Part shown: piece after piece, positions 38,987 to 51,563 of the stretch
Position numbering within the stretch: the stretch's first letter is position 1
How the letters are laid out: every line of letters begins with the position of its first letter
NCBI RefSeq assembly: GCF_004010195.1
Contig: NC_057720.1
Coordinates: forward strand, 4,630,656 to 4,694,276
Source: Chiloscyllium plagiosum
Lineage: Eukaryota
Length of the DNA stretch: 63,621 nucleotides
Direction: 5' to 3'
Position numbers and translations under genes: made by a program
The notes under the pieces: model-generated
Database searches by the model: none
The model's input: only the letters and a program-made list of their open reading frames with translations
What the model was told of the DNA's origin: nothing

Positions 38987-39426
38987 CATCCATGAATACA
39001 TTAAAAGCATACTTGTCATCACATCGAAGGAAGGGTTTGAGTTTGCTTGAAACCGTGCAGAGAAAATTTAACAAAATTGTCCAAGACTGTAAGGTTTGTT
39101 TGGAACAGCACGGTTGTCTTGTTGGACCAACAGAGACTGGGGAAAGAATGTTGCAGATTCAGATAAAATAAATAAGTACACAGCATAAAGCTGTTCTCAC
39201 TAACTGCATCCATGAATACACTAAAAGCATACTTGTCATCACATCGAAGGAAGGGTTTGAGTTTGCTTGAAACCGTGCAGAGAAAATTTAACAAAATTGT
39301 CCAAGACTGTAAGGTTTGTTTGGAACAGCACGGTTGTCTTGTTGGACCAACAGAGACTGAGGGAAGAATGTTGCAGATTCAGATAAAATAAATAAGTACA
39401 CAGCATAAAGCTGTTCTCACTAACTG
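38987..39426. repeat. Tandem duplication, 2 x 220 bp
   Basis: 38987-39206 vs 39207-39426, three mismatches by eye. The unit contains a decayed CR1-like piece (LLETVQRKF). Confidence 0.92.
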
Positions 39427-39618
39427 CTAGCACCAGGTGCAGGCAGCAGCCGCTTGAGTTCCTCCTCTTCACCCCCCCCTCCATTAGCCCTCCCCACCAT
39501 CACCAACGACATCTGCCAACACGGATGAGGTTGGAGACGATGTGGTTTTGCCAAGAGGCTCCTTCACCTCATCCCAACAACAGTCTACTCACTCTCACTG
39601 GATGTCATTTCTCTGCTT

Positions 39619-40660
39619 TGCAGAGAAGATTTACCAGGATGTTGCCTGGAATGGAGAGGAAGTCGTACGAGGATAGGTTGAGAGTTCTCGGCCTTTTCTC
39701 GTTGGAACGGCGAAGGATGAGGGGTGACTTGATAGGGGTTTATAAGATGATCAGAGGAATAGATAGAGTAGACAGTCAGAAACTTTTTCCCCGGGTACAA
39801 CAGAGTGTTACAAGGGGACATAAATTTAAGGTGAAGGGTGGAAGGTATAGGGGAGATGTCAGGGGTGGGTTCTTTACCCAGGGAGTGGTGGGGGCATGGA
39901 ATGCGCTGCCCGTGGGAGTGGTAAAGAACCCACCCCTGACATCTCCTCTATACCTTCCACCCTTCACCTTAAATTTATGTCCCCTTGTAACACTCTGTTG
40001 TATCCGGGGAAAAAGTTTCTGACTGTCTACTCTATCTATTCCTCTGATCATCTTATAAACCTCTATCAAGTCACCCCTCATCCTTCGCCGTTCCAACGAG
40101 AAAAGGCCGAGAACTCTCAACCTATCCTCGTACGACTTCCTCTCCATTCCAGGCAACATCCTGGTAAATCTTCTCTGCACCCTCTCCAAAGCTTCCACAT
40201 CTTTCCTAAAGTGAGGCGACCAGAACTGCACACAGTACTCCAACTGTGGCCTAACCAAAGTCCTGTACAGCTGCAACATCACTTCACGGCTCTTGAATTC
40301 AATCCCTCTGCTAATGAACGCTAATACACCATAGGCCTTCTTACAAGCTCTATCCACCTGAGTGGCAACCTTCAAAGATCTATGTACATAGACGCCAAGA
40401 TCCCTCTGTTCCTCCATCTCACTAAGAACCCTACCGTTAACCTTGTATTCCGCATTCTTATTTGTCTTTCCAAAATGGACAACCTCACACTTGGCAGGGT
40501 TGAACTCCATCTGCCACTCCTCAGCCCAGCTCTGCATCATATCTAAGTCCCTTTGCAGCCGACAACAGCCCTCCTCACTATTCACAACTCCACTAATCTT
40601 CGTATCATCTGCAAATTTACTGACCAACCCTTCGACTCCCTCTTCCAAGTCATTAATAAC
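39619..40660 (-). mobile_element. Young CR1 ORF2 fragment with a fold-back inversion at its 3' side
   Basis: Uninterrupted RT C-terminus (SKFADDTK...RGGFFT) on - at 39920-40660. Inverted copy on + at 39619-39878. Confidence 0.9.
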
Positions 40661-40849
40661 TATTAATAAGTCATTAATAGTCAGATTCACAATGTTGTGC
40701 CAAGGATTATTCCTAATCTAAAATAAAATAACCTAACCTACGCATCCCTCAATTCACTACTGTCCATGTTCATGTCCAGCAGACGTTTAAATGCCCGAAT
40801 GACTCTGCTTCCACCACCACTGGTTGGAGAAATGGTTGGTTCTTATTAG

Positions 40850-43800
40850 AACATAGAACAGTGCAGCACAGAACAGGCCCTTCGGCCCACCCTGTCTGTA
40901 CCAACCATGATGCCATTCCTAGCTAATCCCATCTGCCTACACATGGTCTGTATCTTTCAATTCTCTGCCTGTCCAAATGCATCTTAAACTTTGCCACCAT
41001 TTCTGTTTCTACCACCTCCCCTGGAAGCACATTCCAGGCACCTACCATCCTCTGTGTAAAAAACTTGCCTGACACACCTCCTTTTAACTTTTCCCCTTTC
41101 ACCTTAAACCTATGCTCCATCTTAATCGACATTTCCACCCTGGGAGAGCGACTCTGATGATCCACCCTATCCATGTCTCTGATCAGTTTAAATGGAGTCT
41201 TCCAGTTGTACTGCATGGAAACAGCTCCTTTGATCCAACTCGTCCATGCTGACCAGATGTCCGATATAACTCTAGTCACATTTACCAGTGTTTGGTCCAT
41301 ATCCCTCTAAACTCTTCCAATACAGATACCCATCCAGATGCCTTTTAAATGTTGTAATTGTACCAGCCTCCACCACCTCCTCGGGCAGCTTGGTCCATAC
41401 ACACACCACCTTCTGCATGAAAACGTTACTGCTCAGGTCCCTTTTATATCTTTCCCCTTTCATCTTAACGTATGCCTCTAGTTTTGGACTCCCCTACCAG
41501 GAGAAAAATACCTTGGCTATTCACCCTATCCATGCCCCTCATGATTTTATAAACTTCTATAAGGTCACCCCTCAGCATTCGACACTCCAGGGAAAATAGC
41601 CCCAGTCTATTTAGTGCCTCCTTATGGCGCAAACCCTCCAACCCTGGCAACATTCTTGTAAATCTTTTCTGCACCCTTTCAGGTTTAACAACATCTTTGC
41701 TTAAGCAAGGAGACCCGAACTGAACACAGTATTCCAAAAATGGCCTAATCCATGTTCTGTGCAGCTGTAACATCTTACACTCAATGCACTGACCAATAAA
41801 GGCAAATGTACCAAATACCTTCTTCACTATTTTTGACTCGACCTTCACGGTACCATGAACCTGCACCTCTTTGTTCAGCAACACTCCCGAGGGCCCTGCC
41901 ATTACGTGTATAAGTCCTGCCCTGATTTGCCTTTCCAAATGCAATACCTCACATTTATCGAGATTAAGTTCCATCTGCCACTCCTCGGTTTGTCGGCCTT
42001 TCTGATCAAGGTCCCATTATAGTCTGTGATAACCTTCTTCACTGTCCGCTACACTGCTGCCTGCATAAGTACTAACCATCCCTCCTGTATGCATATCCAA
42101 ATCATTTGTATAAATGACAAAAAGCAGTGAACCCAGCATGGATCCTTGCAGCACACCACTGGTGAGAGGGCTCCAGTACAAAGACATCGCTGCACACCAC
42201 TCTCTGTCTCTTACCTTCAAGGCAATTTTGTATCGAAATGACAAGCTCTCCCTGGATCCCATGTGATCGAAGCTCCCTAATCAGTCTATCATGTGGATCT
42301 TGTCAAACGTTGTTATGGAATAGGCCAGACCACTGGGAACATTCTTAAGCAGGTAGCCCAGACTGTAACTTTGCTATTTGTTTTGGTAAGCATACAGTGA
42401 AAATTACCCGGAGTGAGTTAGCTAGGTTGACTACCAGGTTTTAAAACAGACAAAAATATATTCACAAAATTACGGAAAGAAGCACAAAGAACAGAATAAA
42501 GAACACCGACAGAACACAGATCCGAGTGGTGCTGGAAAAGCACAGCAGGTCAGGCAGCATCCAAGGAGCAGGAAAGTCAACATTTCGGGCAAAAGCCCTT
42601 TATCATTCCTGATGAAATCGATCCAAACTAGACTTAATTATGCTATTCTGAATATGTGAAACAGTCCCAACAAACAAACCCCTTAAACACAGTAAAAAAT
42701 GAAACAAAGGTTTACAGATTGAAGTTAGAAGGGCAGAAGGAGAGAGAGTTTAGCAGCCTGTTTCCACACAGCTGCATTGCTGAACTCCTAACCAAAGTTC
42801 GGAACTGAACTGCTCAGCTTGAGAGCTGGGCCCGCCCCCTGGACGTACACAGGTTACTTCAAAAAACATAAAAGCTTTGGCCTAAAGTCTCATCTGCTTA
42901 CATATGAACAAAAAGGCCTTTCATCTCTGCACCAAACCATTCGATTCGGAGCCTGAATTCTCTGATTCCTCTGAAAAACACCAAGGACACAGTATCCTTG
43001 TGAAAGGGAACAGCTTTTAGGAAAAAGGACCAGCTTTGTGACAACGGCTTGTTGAAGTCCATATGGACAATGTCTACCTCTCTGCCCTCATTAATCTTTG
43101 TTGTTACCTCTTCAAAAAACTCAATCAAGTTAGTAAGACATAATTTCCCACGCACAAAGCTTTGTTGACTATTCCTATCAGTGTTTGCTTTTCAAATACA
43201 TGTAAATCATGTTCCACAGAATCCCCTCCAACAAATTACCCACTACTGATGTCAGGCTCACCAGTCTTAAGCTCCCCAGCTTTTTCTTACTACTTATCTT
43301 AAATAATGGCACTACATTAGCCACCTTCCAGTCTGCCAGCACCTCACCCATGGCTATCGATGATACAAAATATCTCAGCAAGGGAACCAGCAGTCACTTT
43401 CCTAGCTTCACACAAAGTTCTTGGATACATCTGATGAAATCCTGGGGATTTATCCCCCTTTAAGACGTCCAGCACCTCCTCCTCTGTAATATGGACACTT
43501 TTTTCAAGATGTTACTATTTATTTCACCAAATTCTCTAGCTTTCATGTCCTTCTCCACAGTAAATATTGATGCAAAGTACTCATTTAGTGTCTTACCCAT
43601 CTCCTGCGGCTCCACACATAGACAGCCTTTTGATCTTTAATGGGCCCTATTCTCTCCTTAGTTACTTTTTTGCCCTTAATGTATTTGTGGAATCTCTTTG
43701 TATTCTTTTTAACCATATTTGTCAAAGCTATCTCATGTCCCTTTCATGCCCTCCTGATTTCCCTCATAACTATACTCTTACTGCCCTGAGATCCTCGAGG

Positions 43801-44215
43801 GATTCACTCGATCCCAGCTGGCTATATGTGCCTCTGCCGCCTTCTTTTGTGGATCAGAGCCTCAATTTGTCTAGTTGTCCGGCATTCCCTACACCTACCA
43901 GCCTTGCCTTTCACACTAATAGGAAGAGATTGCCTCTGGAGGCTCAATACCTCATTTTTGAAGGCCTCCCACTTTCCAACCACCCTTTCTCTGTGATTCG
44001 CCTCTCCCAACCAGTTTTGAATGTTCTTGTCTAATACCATCAAAATTGGGCTTACTCTCATTTGGAACTTTCACTTTAGATCAAGTCTATCCTTTTCCAT
44101 AACTATTTGAAAGCTAATAGAATTATAAACGATGGCCCTAAGTCCTCCCCCACTGACACCTTATGTCCCAAGAGAAGGTCAGGTTTTGCTGCTTCTCTAG
44201 TTGGTTCATTTACAT
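40850..44215 (-). mobile_element. Two adjacent decayed CR1 fragments (about 40850-41185 and 41195-44215), the longer interrupted by a solo LTR
   Basis: CR1 ORF2 peptides in ORFs 41465-41974, 42898-43155, 43178-43381 and 43822-44061. Confidence 0.85.
42311..43043. mobile_element. Probable solo LTR (TG...CA) containing a short PLE-derived insert (about 42520-42617)
   Basis: Begins TGTTAT and ends GTGACA. Splits the CR1 motif GTCAAACG|GCTTGTTGAAGTCC. Flanks ACGT/ACGG suggest a 4-bp TSD. Confidence 0.6.
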
Positions 44216-45128
44216 AAGGAATAAGAAAATATACTTCTGTATAAGTTCATCAGGTCACCCTCAGCCTCCGACACTCCAGCCTGGGACATTGATTCCAATC
44301 CGGCCCAGGTGTAGACCATCTGATTTGTAATAGTCCCACCTCCCCCAGAACCAGTCCCAACGTCCCAAAACCCTCCCTCCTGCACTATCTCTCAAGCCAC
44401 TCATTCATCCTGCCGATTCTTTCATTTCTACTCTGACTAGCACATGGCACTGATAGCAATCCTGAGATAACTACCCCTGAGGTCCTACTTTTTAACTTGG
44501 CTCCTAACTCCCTAAATTCTACTTGTAGGACTTCATCCTGTATCATTGATGCCTATATGCACAATGACAACTGGCTGTTCACTCTCCTGATTATGTGTTA
44601 TGTATCCTACAAAGTCTTCCTCACATTCCACAAATCCACCAGTTTTTGTGTCATCTACAAATATACTGATCAGACCACCTACATTTTCATACAAATCATT
44701 TATGCATGTTAGAAAAAGCGGAGGCCCCAGTACTGACCCTTCTGGAACACCTCGACTTCCCGTCAGAGAAACTCCCTTCCCCAACTAACCCCTGTCTCCT
44801 ATGACCAAGCCAATTCTGTATCGAACTTTCCAACTCACTTCAGATTCCATGCAAATTAATCATCTGGACCACCCTGCTATGAGGGACCTTATCAAATTCT
44901 TCAGTAAAGTCCATGTAGATAACATCCTCATCAATAATCTTTGTCACTTCCTCAAAGATAGTCAATCAAAGTCGCGAAACAAGACCTCCCCCACTTGATC
45001 TGACTATGGTCAAAAAGTGTGGTGCTGGAAAAACACAACCTGTCAGGCAGCATCCAAGGAGCAGGGGAATGTGCCCTTCAGGAATGTACCCATTCCTAAT
45101 GAAGAGCTTATGCTTGAAATGTTGTCTC

Positions 45129-45936
45129 TCCTTGTTCAAGAAGGTGAGTAGGGATAACCCTAGAAACTATAGGCCGGTGAGTCTCACTTCTGTTGTGGGC
45201 AAAGTCTTAGAGAGAATTGTAAGGGATAGGATTTATGAACATCTGAATAGGAATAACGTGATCAAGGATAGTCAGCATGGTTTTGTGAAGGGCAGGTCGT
45301 GCCTCACAAACCTGATTGAATTTTTTGAGAAGGTGACTAAGGAGGTGGACGAGAGGAAAGCGGTAGATGTGGTGTATATGGATTTTAGTAAGGCGTTTGA
45401 TAAGGTTCCCCATGGTAGGCTACTTCTAAAAATATGGAGGTATGGCATTGAGGGTGAGTTGGAGGTTTGGATTAGGAATTGGCTGGCTGGAAGAAGACTG
45501 GCTGGAATTGGCTGGCTGGAAGAGGGTAGTAGTTGATGGTAAAGGTTCATCTTGGAGTGCCGTTACTAGTGGTGTTCCGCAAGGATCTGTTTTGAGACCA
45601 TTGCGGTTTGTCATTTTTATAAATGACCTGGAGGAGGGGCTAGAAGGTTGGGTGAGCAAGTTTGCGGATGATACGAAAGTCGGAGGAGTTGTTGACAGTG
45701 AGGAAGGATATGGCAGGTTACAGAGGGATATAGATAAGATGCAGAACTGGGCAGAAAGGTGGCAGATGGAGTTCAATGAAGCTAAGTGTGAGGTGATTCA
45801 CTTTGGTAAGAGTAACAGAAAGATGGAGTACTGGGCTAATGGTCGGATACTTGGTAGTGTGGATGAGCAGAGGGATCTTGGTGTCCATGTACACAGATCT
45901 TTGAAAGTTGCCACCCAGGTAAATAGTGCGGTGAAG
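45129..45936 (+). mobile_element. CR1 LINE RT fragment
   Basis: NYRPVSLTSVVGK, QHGFVKGRSCLTNL, MDFSKAFD, KFADDTK. Small internal duplication of GGAATTGGCTGGCTGGAAGA. Confidence 0.9.
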
Positions 45937-47455
45937 CTTTGTAAAGGCCAGCTATGTGTATAAATCCTCAATGCGAGAGATTGGGCATTTATCTAGCTAT
46001 GAAAAGTGGCTTACTGTTTTTTCAAAATCCCCACAAAGGTGAACCGACCCATCAGGTTTCACAATCATGTCTGGTGCTGCCCATTCTGCAAACTGGACTG
46101 GTTTGATGGTTCCCTCACTTTACAGCCTTCAGATTTCTGCCCTGACTTTTATCTGTAATGCAATGGCACTGGACAGGCCTTGCAGGATCAGGGAATTGCT
46201 TCCTGGTCAAAATGCAAAATGGCCTTGGCTCCTTTGACAGTCCCTAAACCTTCCTGAAAAACTTGCAGGTATTTAAATAGGACTTCACTCTGGCAGCCAT
46301 TTTCTAATCAAAAAACATTGAGCCAATCAAAGGTTAATCATTCTCAACCAATTTCACCCCATCAGGCTTGAGCCCAAGCCTTTTGCCATAATCAGTGGGA
46401 ACTGCAGCAGCTGCTTCTCATAAGAGACTGGAACAAAAGTTGTCCCCTTAACCTGTAAAGGTTCCTTGGTATAGGTCCTCAGTCTGACCGAATGTAAGGG
46501 TTGGAGTCCAGAGTGAATCTTGCTAAAGACCGGTTTGGCAATCACTGATTCAGCTGAACTAGTATTGACCTCCATTAGAACCGGATGACCATTTAACCAG
46601 GCGTTTATTTGGATTGGTTGTGATTTGGATGTTGTGAAACAGTTTAACTGTTCCAAACCAGACTTTCCAGAGCGTGCACTCTCCTGGGTACTGGCTTGTG
46701 AGTTCTCTTACTCAGTTTAGATCTAATGGAACTCTTTTGCCGTCTCAAGTCCATATACTGGCTGCAACTACAATGGTTTGCCGATCCAGATCCTCAAGGG
46801 AATTTTAACTGTTTCGCTGAGTCTTGGCTTTCTTTTGGGGTTCAGATGTAGGCTGACCTCAAGTCTCTCTATTCAGGATATTTTCTGAGCGAAACTGTGC
46901 AAGTGATGTTCCCCCAGCTCAATTGGACTGGTGAGGGTATCCACTTCCATCGGAATACCAAGCCACTCATAAGCACCATTTGTCCCATTTTCTCATGACA
47001 AAATCACTTCAAGTCCATCTGGGCTTCAGCTAGTAGGCGCTTTTGTGTGGTCACATCATTAATTCCACACAGCAAGTGGGTCACTCAGCATCTCACTTAG
47101 GGTTAAGATAAAATTACATATCTCTGCCAGCCATTTTAAACTCATCAAAAATTCAGATACAGATTCTCCTCGAACTGCTGAGTAAAACCGATAGCGTTTC
47201 AGAATTAGAGAAGGCTTGGGCCATAATATTCCTTAGCTTCAACTCTGGAAAGGTTTTAGCATCTGGTGCCTCAGGGAAAGTTAGTCTTCTAATAACTGAA
47301 AAGGCTGCGGGGCCACAAGCTGTCAGGACAATCACTCGTTGCTTTTCATCTGCCCAATCGTCAGTTGGAAAGAATAATGAAGTCTTTCCAGATCCTGGAC
47401 CCAGTTTTTGACAATCTTCACTTGAATCAGTCAAGCGTCCGAAATAACGGAATGA
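45937..47455 (-). mobile_element. Decayed Ty3/Gypsy LTR-retrotransposon internal region (gag, protease, RT start)
   Basis: gag-like ADEKQRVIVLTACG..VIRRLTFPEAPDAKTF. Protease-like LNGHPVLMEVNTSSAESVI (DTG decayed). RT start IKPVQFAEWAAP..VKPDGSVHLCGDF..LDKCPISRIEDLY. Confidence 0.8.
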
Positions 47456-48579
47456 TGGTTGAGGTATTAATGCCATGCAAATACATGGAAATAAAGTAGT
47501 CACCAAAGATTATGATGATTCAGATGTTGCTTTTTTAAGTTGAGAGAGAAACTGCAGAGTTTTCCCAACATCAAGCTCCTGATTTTCTTTTCCTTCTTGC
47601 CATGCTTTCTGAATTTTTTTCCCATTGTCCACATGACACCAGGAAGGGGAACATTTCAGCCAGAACCACAATTTTGGTGAAGACATTTGATATGTAAGCC
47701 TTTTATTCATTTCGTGAGAATGTCCAGAAAAGGTTAAATGTTCCAGAAGTTGGAATAAAAAAGGTGGAAATTACCTTGAGAGTGCTTCTCCAAGAAGCTA
47801 AAGAACGACCATCGTGCACATCATCTCAGCTCCAGCACATCTCCGTAGGGGGTCCTCAGGGCAGTGTCTTAGGCTCAACCATCTCCAGTCACTTCATCAA
47901 TGACCTTCCCTCCATTATACAGTTAGAATGGGGATATTCACACAATGTCTAGCACCAAATATTCCTCAGCTACTGTTCAAATATTGGGGTGGCATGGTGG
48001 CTCAGTGATTAACACTGTTGCCTCACAGATCCAGGGACTCAGATTAGCTTCCACCCTTTGGTAACTGTGTGGACAAAATCAGAAGTCACATGACATCATG
48101 TTATAGTCCAACAAGTTTATTTGAAGTCACCTCTCCACCTGATGAATGGTCAGCGCTCCAAAAACTTGTATTTCAAATAAACCTGTCGGACTGTAACCTG
48201 GTGTTTTGTGACTTCTGACTTTGTCCAACCCAGTTCAACGCCAGCAGCTCCACATCACATCACATCTGTGTGGAGTTTGCACATTCTCCCCGTGTCTGCG
48301 TGGGTTTCCTCCGCGTGCTCCGGTTTCCTCCCACAGTCCAAAGATGTGCAGGTCAGGTGGATTGGTTGTGTTAAGTTGCCCCATAGTGTGCAGGGATACT
48401 AGGTGGATTAACCATGGGGAATACAGAGTTACAGGGATAGAGTCGGTCTGGGTGAGGTGCTCTTCGGAGGGTCAATTTGGATTTGCTGGGCTGATTAGCC
48501 TGCCTCCACACTGCAGGGATTCTGTGATTGTCTCCTTACCCTTTGAACTGCACCTAACTCTTGTATGTTCTTCTGGCAG

Positions 48580-48783
48580 GATAAAGATGTTTACCATGAG
48601 GTCTGGTATGACGACCCAGACAGCCTTTCACTAAAGTCGTCTATTGTGAAGAAGTTAAAACTTGGTGGTATCGGTGCCCAGTTTGGAAATAACCTCAACT
48701 ACAGCGCGAATCCAACAGCAGCAATGCAAACTGAAGACATGTGGAATGCTCTCTGCCCGACCAGGTTAAAATGGAGAACCTGA
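48580..48783 (+). CDS. CTBS-like: Second CTBS-like terminal exon (copy b): alternative last exon or last exon of a tandem paralog
   Basis: Branch-like CCTAAC (48553-48558), acceptor ttcttctggcag|, DKDVYHEVWYDDPDSLSLKSSIVKKLKLGGIGAQFGNNLNYSANPTAAMQTEDMWNALCPTRLKWRT*. Phase 0, 41/61 aa identical to copy a by hand count. Confidence 0.85.
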   Translation, partial: DKDVYHEVWYDDPDSLSLKSSIVKKLKLGGIGAQFGNNLNYSANPTAAMQTEDMWNALCPTRLKWRT

Positions 48784-49374
48784 ACCATTAATCTCCACAC
48801 AATGTGAAATCTTTGATTTTCCAAGTAAATGTAACAAAAAGTGAGGTAGCTTCCAATATTAAGAAGTGAAACAAAATAACGTGGATGTAAGGAACAGATT
48901 TCACATTCTATGTAATCTTTGAATTTCTTATTTTATGGAATTCAACTTAAATGGTGTGATTTGTGCAATAAGGGGTCTGGTTACATTGAGTACCTGCTTT
49001 AAGTTGTTCACAAATCTGTCTCAGTTTCATGTTGGCTCATAGCAGTGAAGATTAGAGTTTTTTGCCCTGGCCAAGATGGTCTTCAGCCGGTCAGGCAGCA
49101 GGCACTGAAGGGCACCATTGCCCCTTTGTAATGGTAACCCATGTTCTCAGGTGTATATTGAGATGGAACTTGGGTCCACCAGCTCAAAGAGTCTTTTAAG
49201 GATGTGATGAACACTACTTGATTGGAGTGCATTGATCGCCCAGATAATGATTTCGATTTGATAAGCTTCCGTTGACCATTTGATTTTTGTTGTAATGCCC
49301 CACTGTCTAACTTCTTCAAAGTTTTCTTTTTAAAAGAGTGGAACGTCTTGTCATTAAACTGTCACAGTTTAGAA

Positions 49375-51563
49375 TTCATCTTGAAAAATATATATATTAC
49401 TGAAGAGGTGGTGTTGGATGTCTTAAAACACAAAAAGGTGGTTAAATCCCCAGGACCTGATCAAGTGTATCTGAGATCTCTATGGGAAGCTAGGAGAGTG
49501 ATTGCTGGACCCCTTTCTGAGATATTTTAGTCCCACGTGAGGTGCCGGAAGACTGGAGGTTGGCTAACATGGTGCCACTATTTAAGAAAGGTGGTAAGGA
49601 GAAGCCACAGAACTATAGACCAGTGAGTCTGACGTTGATGGTGGGCAAGTTGTTGGAGGGAATCCTGAGCGACAGGATTTTGCATGCATTTGGAAACGCA
49701 AGGACTGATTAGGGATGGTCAACATGGCTTTGTGCATGAGAAATCGTGTCTCACTAACTTGATTGAGTTTTATGAGGAAGCAACAAAGAGGATTGATGAG
49801 GGCAAAGTGGCAGATGTGATCTATATGGACTTCAGTAAGGCATTCAACAAGGTTTCCCATGGGAGACTGGTTAGCAAGGTTGGATCTCATGGAATACAGG
49901 GAGAACTAGCCATTTGGATACAATACTGGCTCAAAGGTAGAAGACAGAGGGTGGTAGTGGAGGGTTGTTTAGCAGGCGAGACCTGTGACCAGTGGAGTGC
50001 CACAAGAATCTGCTGGGTCCATGCTTTTTGCGTTTACATAAATGATTTGGATGTGAACATAGGAGGTATGGTTAGTAAATATGCAGATGACACCAAAATT
50101 GGTGATGTAGTGGACAGTGAAGATAGTTAACTCAGACGTCGATGGGATCTTGGTCAGATGAGCCAATGGGCTGAGGAACAGCAGATAGAGTTTAATTTAG
50201 ATAAATGTGAGGTGTTGCACTTTGGAAAGGCAAATCAAGGCAGGATTTATATACTTAATGGTAAGGTCCTGGAAAGTGTTGCTGAACAAAGAGACCTTGG
50301 AGTGCAGGTACATAGCTCTGTGAAAGTGGAGTCGCGGGTAGACAGGAAAGTGAACAAGGCATTTGGTACGCTTGCCTTTATTGGTCAGTGCATTGAGTAT
50401 AGGAGTTGGAAGGTCATGTTGTGGCTGTCCTGAAGAAGGGTTACACCCGAAATGTTGACTTCACCTCCTGATGCTGCCTGGCTTGCTGTGTTCCCCCAGC
50501 CTCCTACCCATCCCTCCTGATGCTGCCTGCCTTGCTGTGTTCCCCCAGCCTCCTGCCTGTCCCTCCTGATGCTGCCTGGCTTGCTGTGTTTCCCCAGCCT
50601 CCTGCCTGTCTCTCCTGATGCTGCCTGCCTTGCTGTGTTCTCCCAGCCTCCTGCCTGTCTCTCCTGATGCTGCCTGCCTTGCTGTGTTCTCCCAGCCTCC
50701 TGCTCATCCCTCCTGATGCTGCCTGCCTTGCTGTGTTCCCCCAGCCTCCTGCCTGTCCCTCCTGATGCTGCCTGGCTTGCTGTGTTCCCCCAGCCTCCTG
50801 CCCATCCCTCCTGATGCTGCCTGTCTTGCTGTGTTCCCCCAGCCTCCTGCCTGTCCCTCTTGATGCTGCCTGGCTTGCTGTGTTCCTCCAGCCTCCTGCC
50901 TGTCCCTCCTGATGCTGCCTGCCTTGCTGTGTTCCCCCAGCCTCATGCCTGTCTACTTTGGATTCCAGCTTCTGCCGTTTTTTTTGTCTCTAACCAAGAC
51001 ATTAGTTAGGCAAATTCTGGAATACTGCATTAAGTACTGGCCTCCCTGCTGTCGAAAAGATGTTGTTAATTTGAGAGGACACAGAAACGATTTACAGGGA
51101 TGTTGCCAGGGTTGGAGTATTTGAGCTATCGTGAGAGACTGAATAGACTGGGGCTATCTTCCCTGGAGCATCGGTAGCTGAGGGATGATCTAATAGAAGT
51201 TAATAAAATCATGAGGGACCTGGATCAGGTGAATAGCCAAGGTCTTTTCCCTAGGGTAGAGGAGTCCAGAACTAGAGGGCATAGGTTTAAGTTGAGAGGG
51301 GAAAGATATAAAAGGGACCTAAGGGGCAATTTTTTCACACAGACAGTGGTGCGTGTATGGAATGAGCTGCCAGAGGAAGTGATGGAGGCTGGTACAGTTA
51401 TAGCATTTAAAAGGCATCTGGATGGGAGAATGAATAGGAAGGGTTTAGAGGGATATAGGTCAAGTGCTGGCAAATGGGACTAGATTAGGTTGGGATAACT
51501 GGTCAGCATGGACGAGTTGGACTGAAGGGTCTGTTTCCATGCTATACAGCTGTATGACTCTAT
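49375..51563 (+). mobile_element. CR1 LINE ORF2 fragment with 3' tail, interrupted at about 50429-50994
   Basis: KSPGPDQVY, QHGFVHEKSCLTNL, KYADDTK, FFTQTVVRVWNELP; tail ATGACTCT. Confidence 0.9.
50464..50953. repeat. 49-bp minisatellite, 10 copies, inside a PLE-derived short element
   Basis: GATGCTG recurs every 49 bp from 50470 to 50911. Unit CCTCCTGATGCTGCCTGSCTTGCTGTGTTCCCCCAGCCTCCTGCCTGTC. Confidence 0.95.

Noticed and set aside
39776..40690. 304-aa ORF, the longest in the track
   Set aside because: It is a CR1 RT fragment reading into its own inverted copy, not a host gene.
47153..47710. Minus-strand ORFs as a possible host-gene or retrocopy fragment
   Set aside because: The recognisable part is a frameshifted Gypsy gag N-terminus, and the remainder has no supportable homology.
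22900..48500. Exons 1-6 of a second CTBS-like gene
   Set aside because: I scanned by eye for YDWS, MDGIN, FVMS, GVPWYG and APYY coding sequence and found none. They could lie in the gap or be too diverged to see.
50464..50953. Regular 49-bp array resembling a CRISPR array
   Set aside because: Units are contiguous with no unique spacers, there are no cas genes, and the context is eukaryotic. It is a minisatellite.
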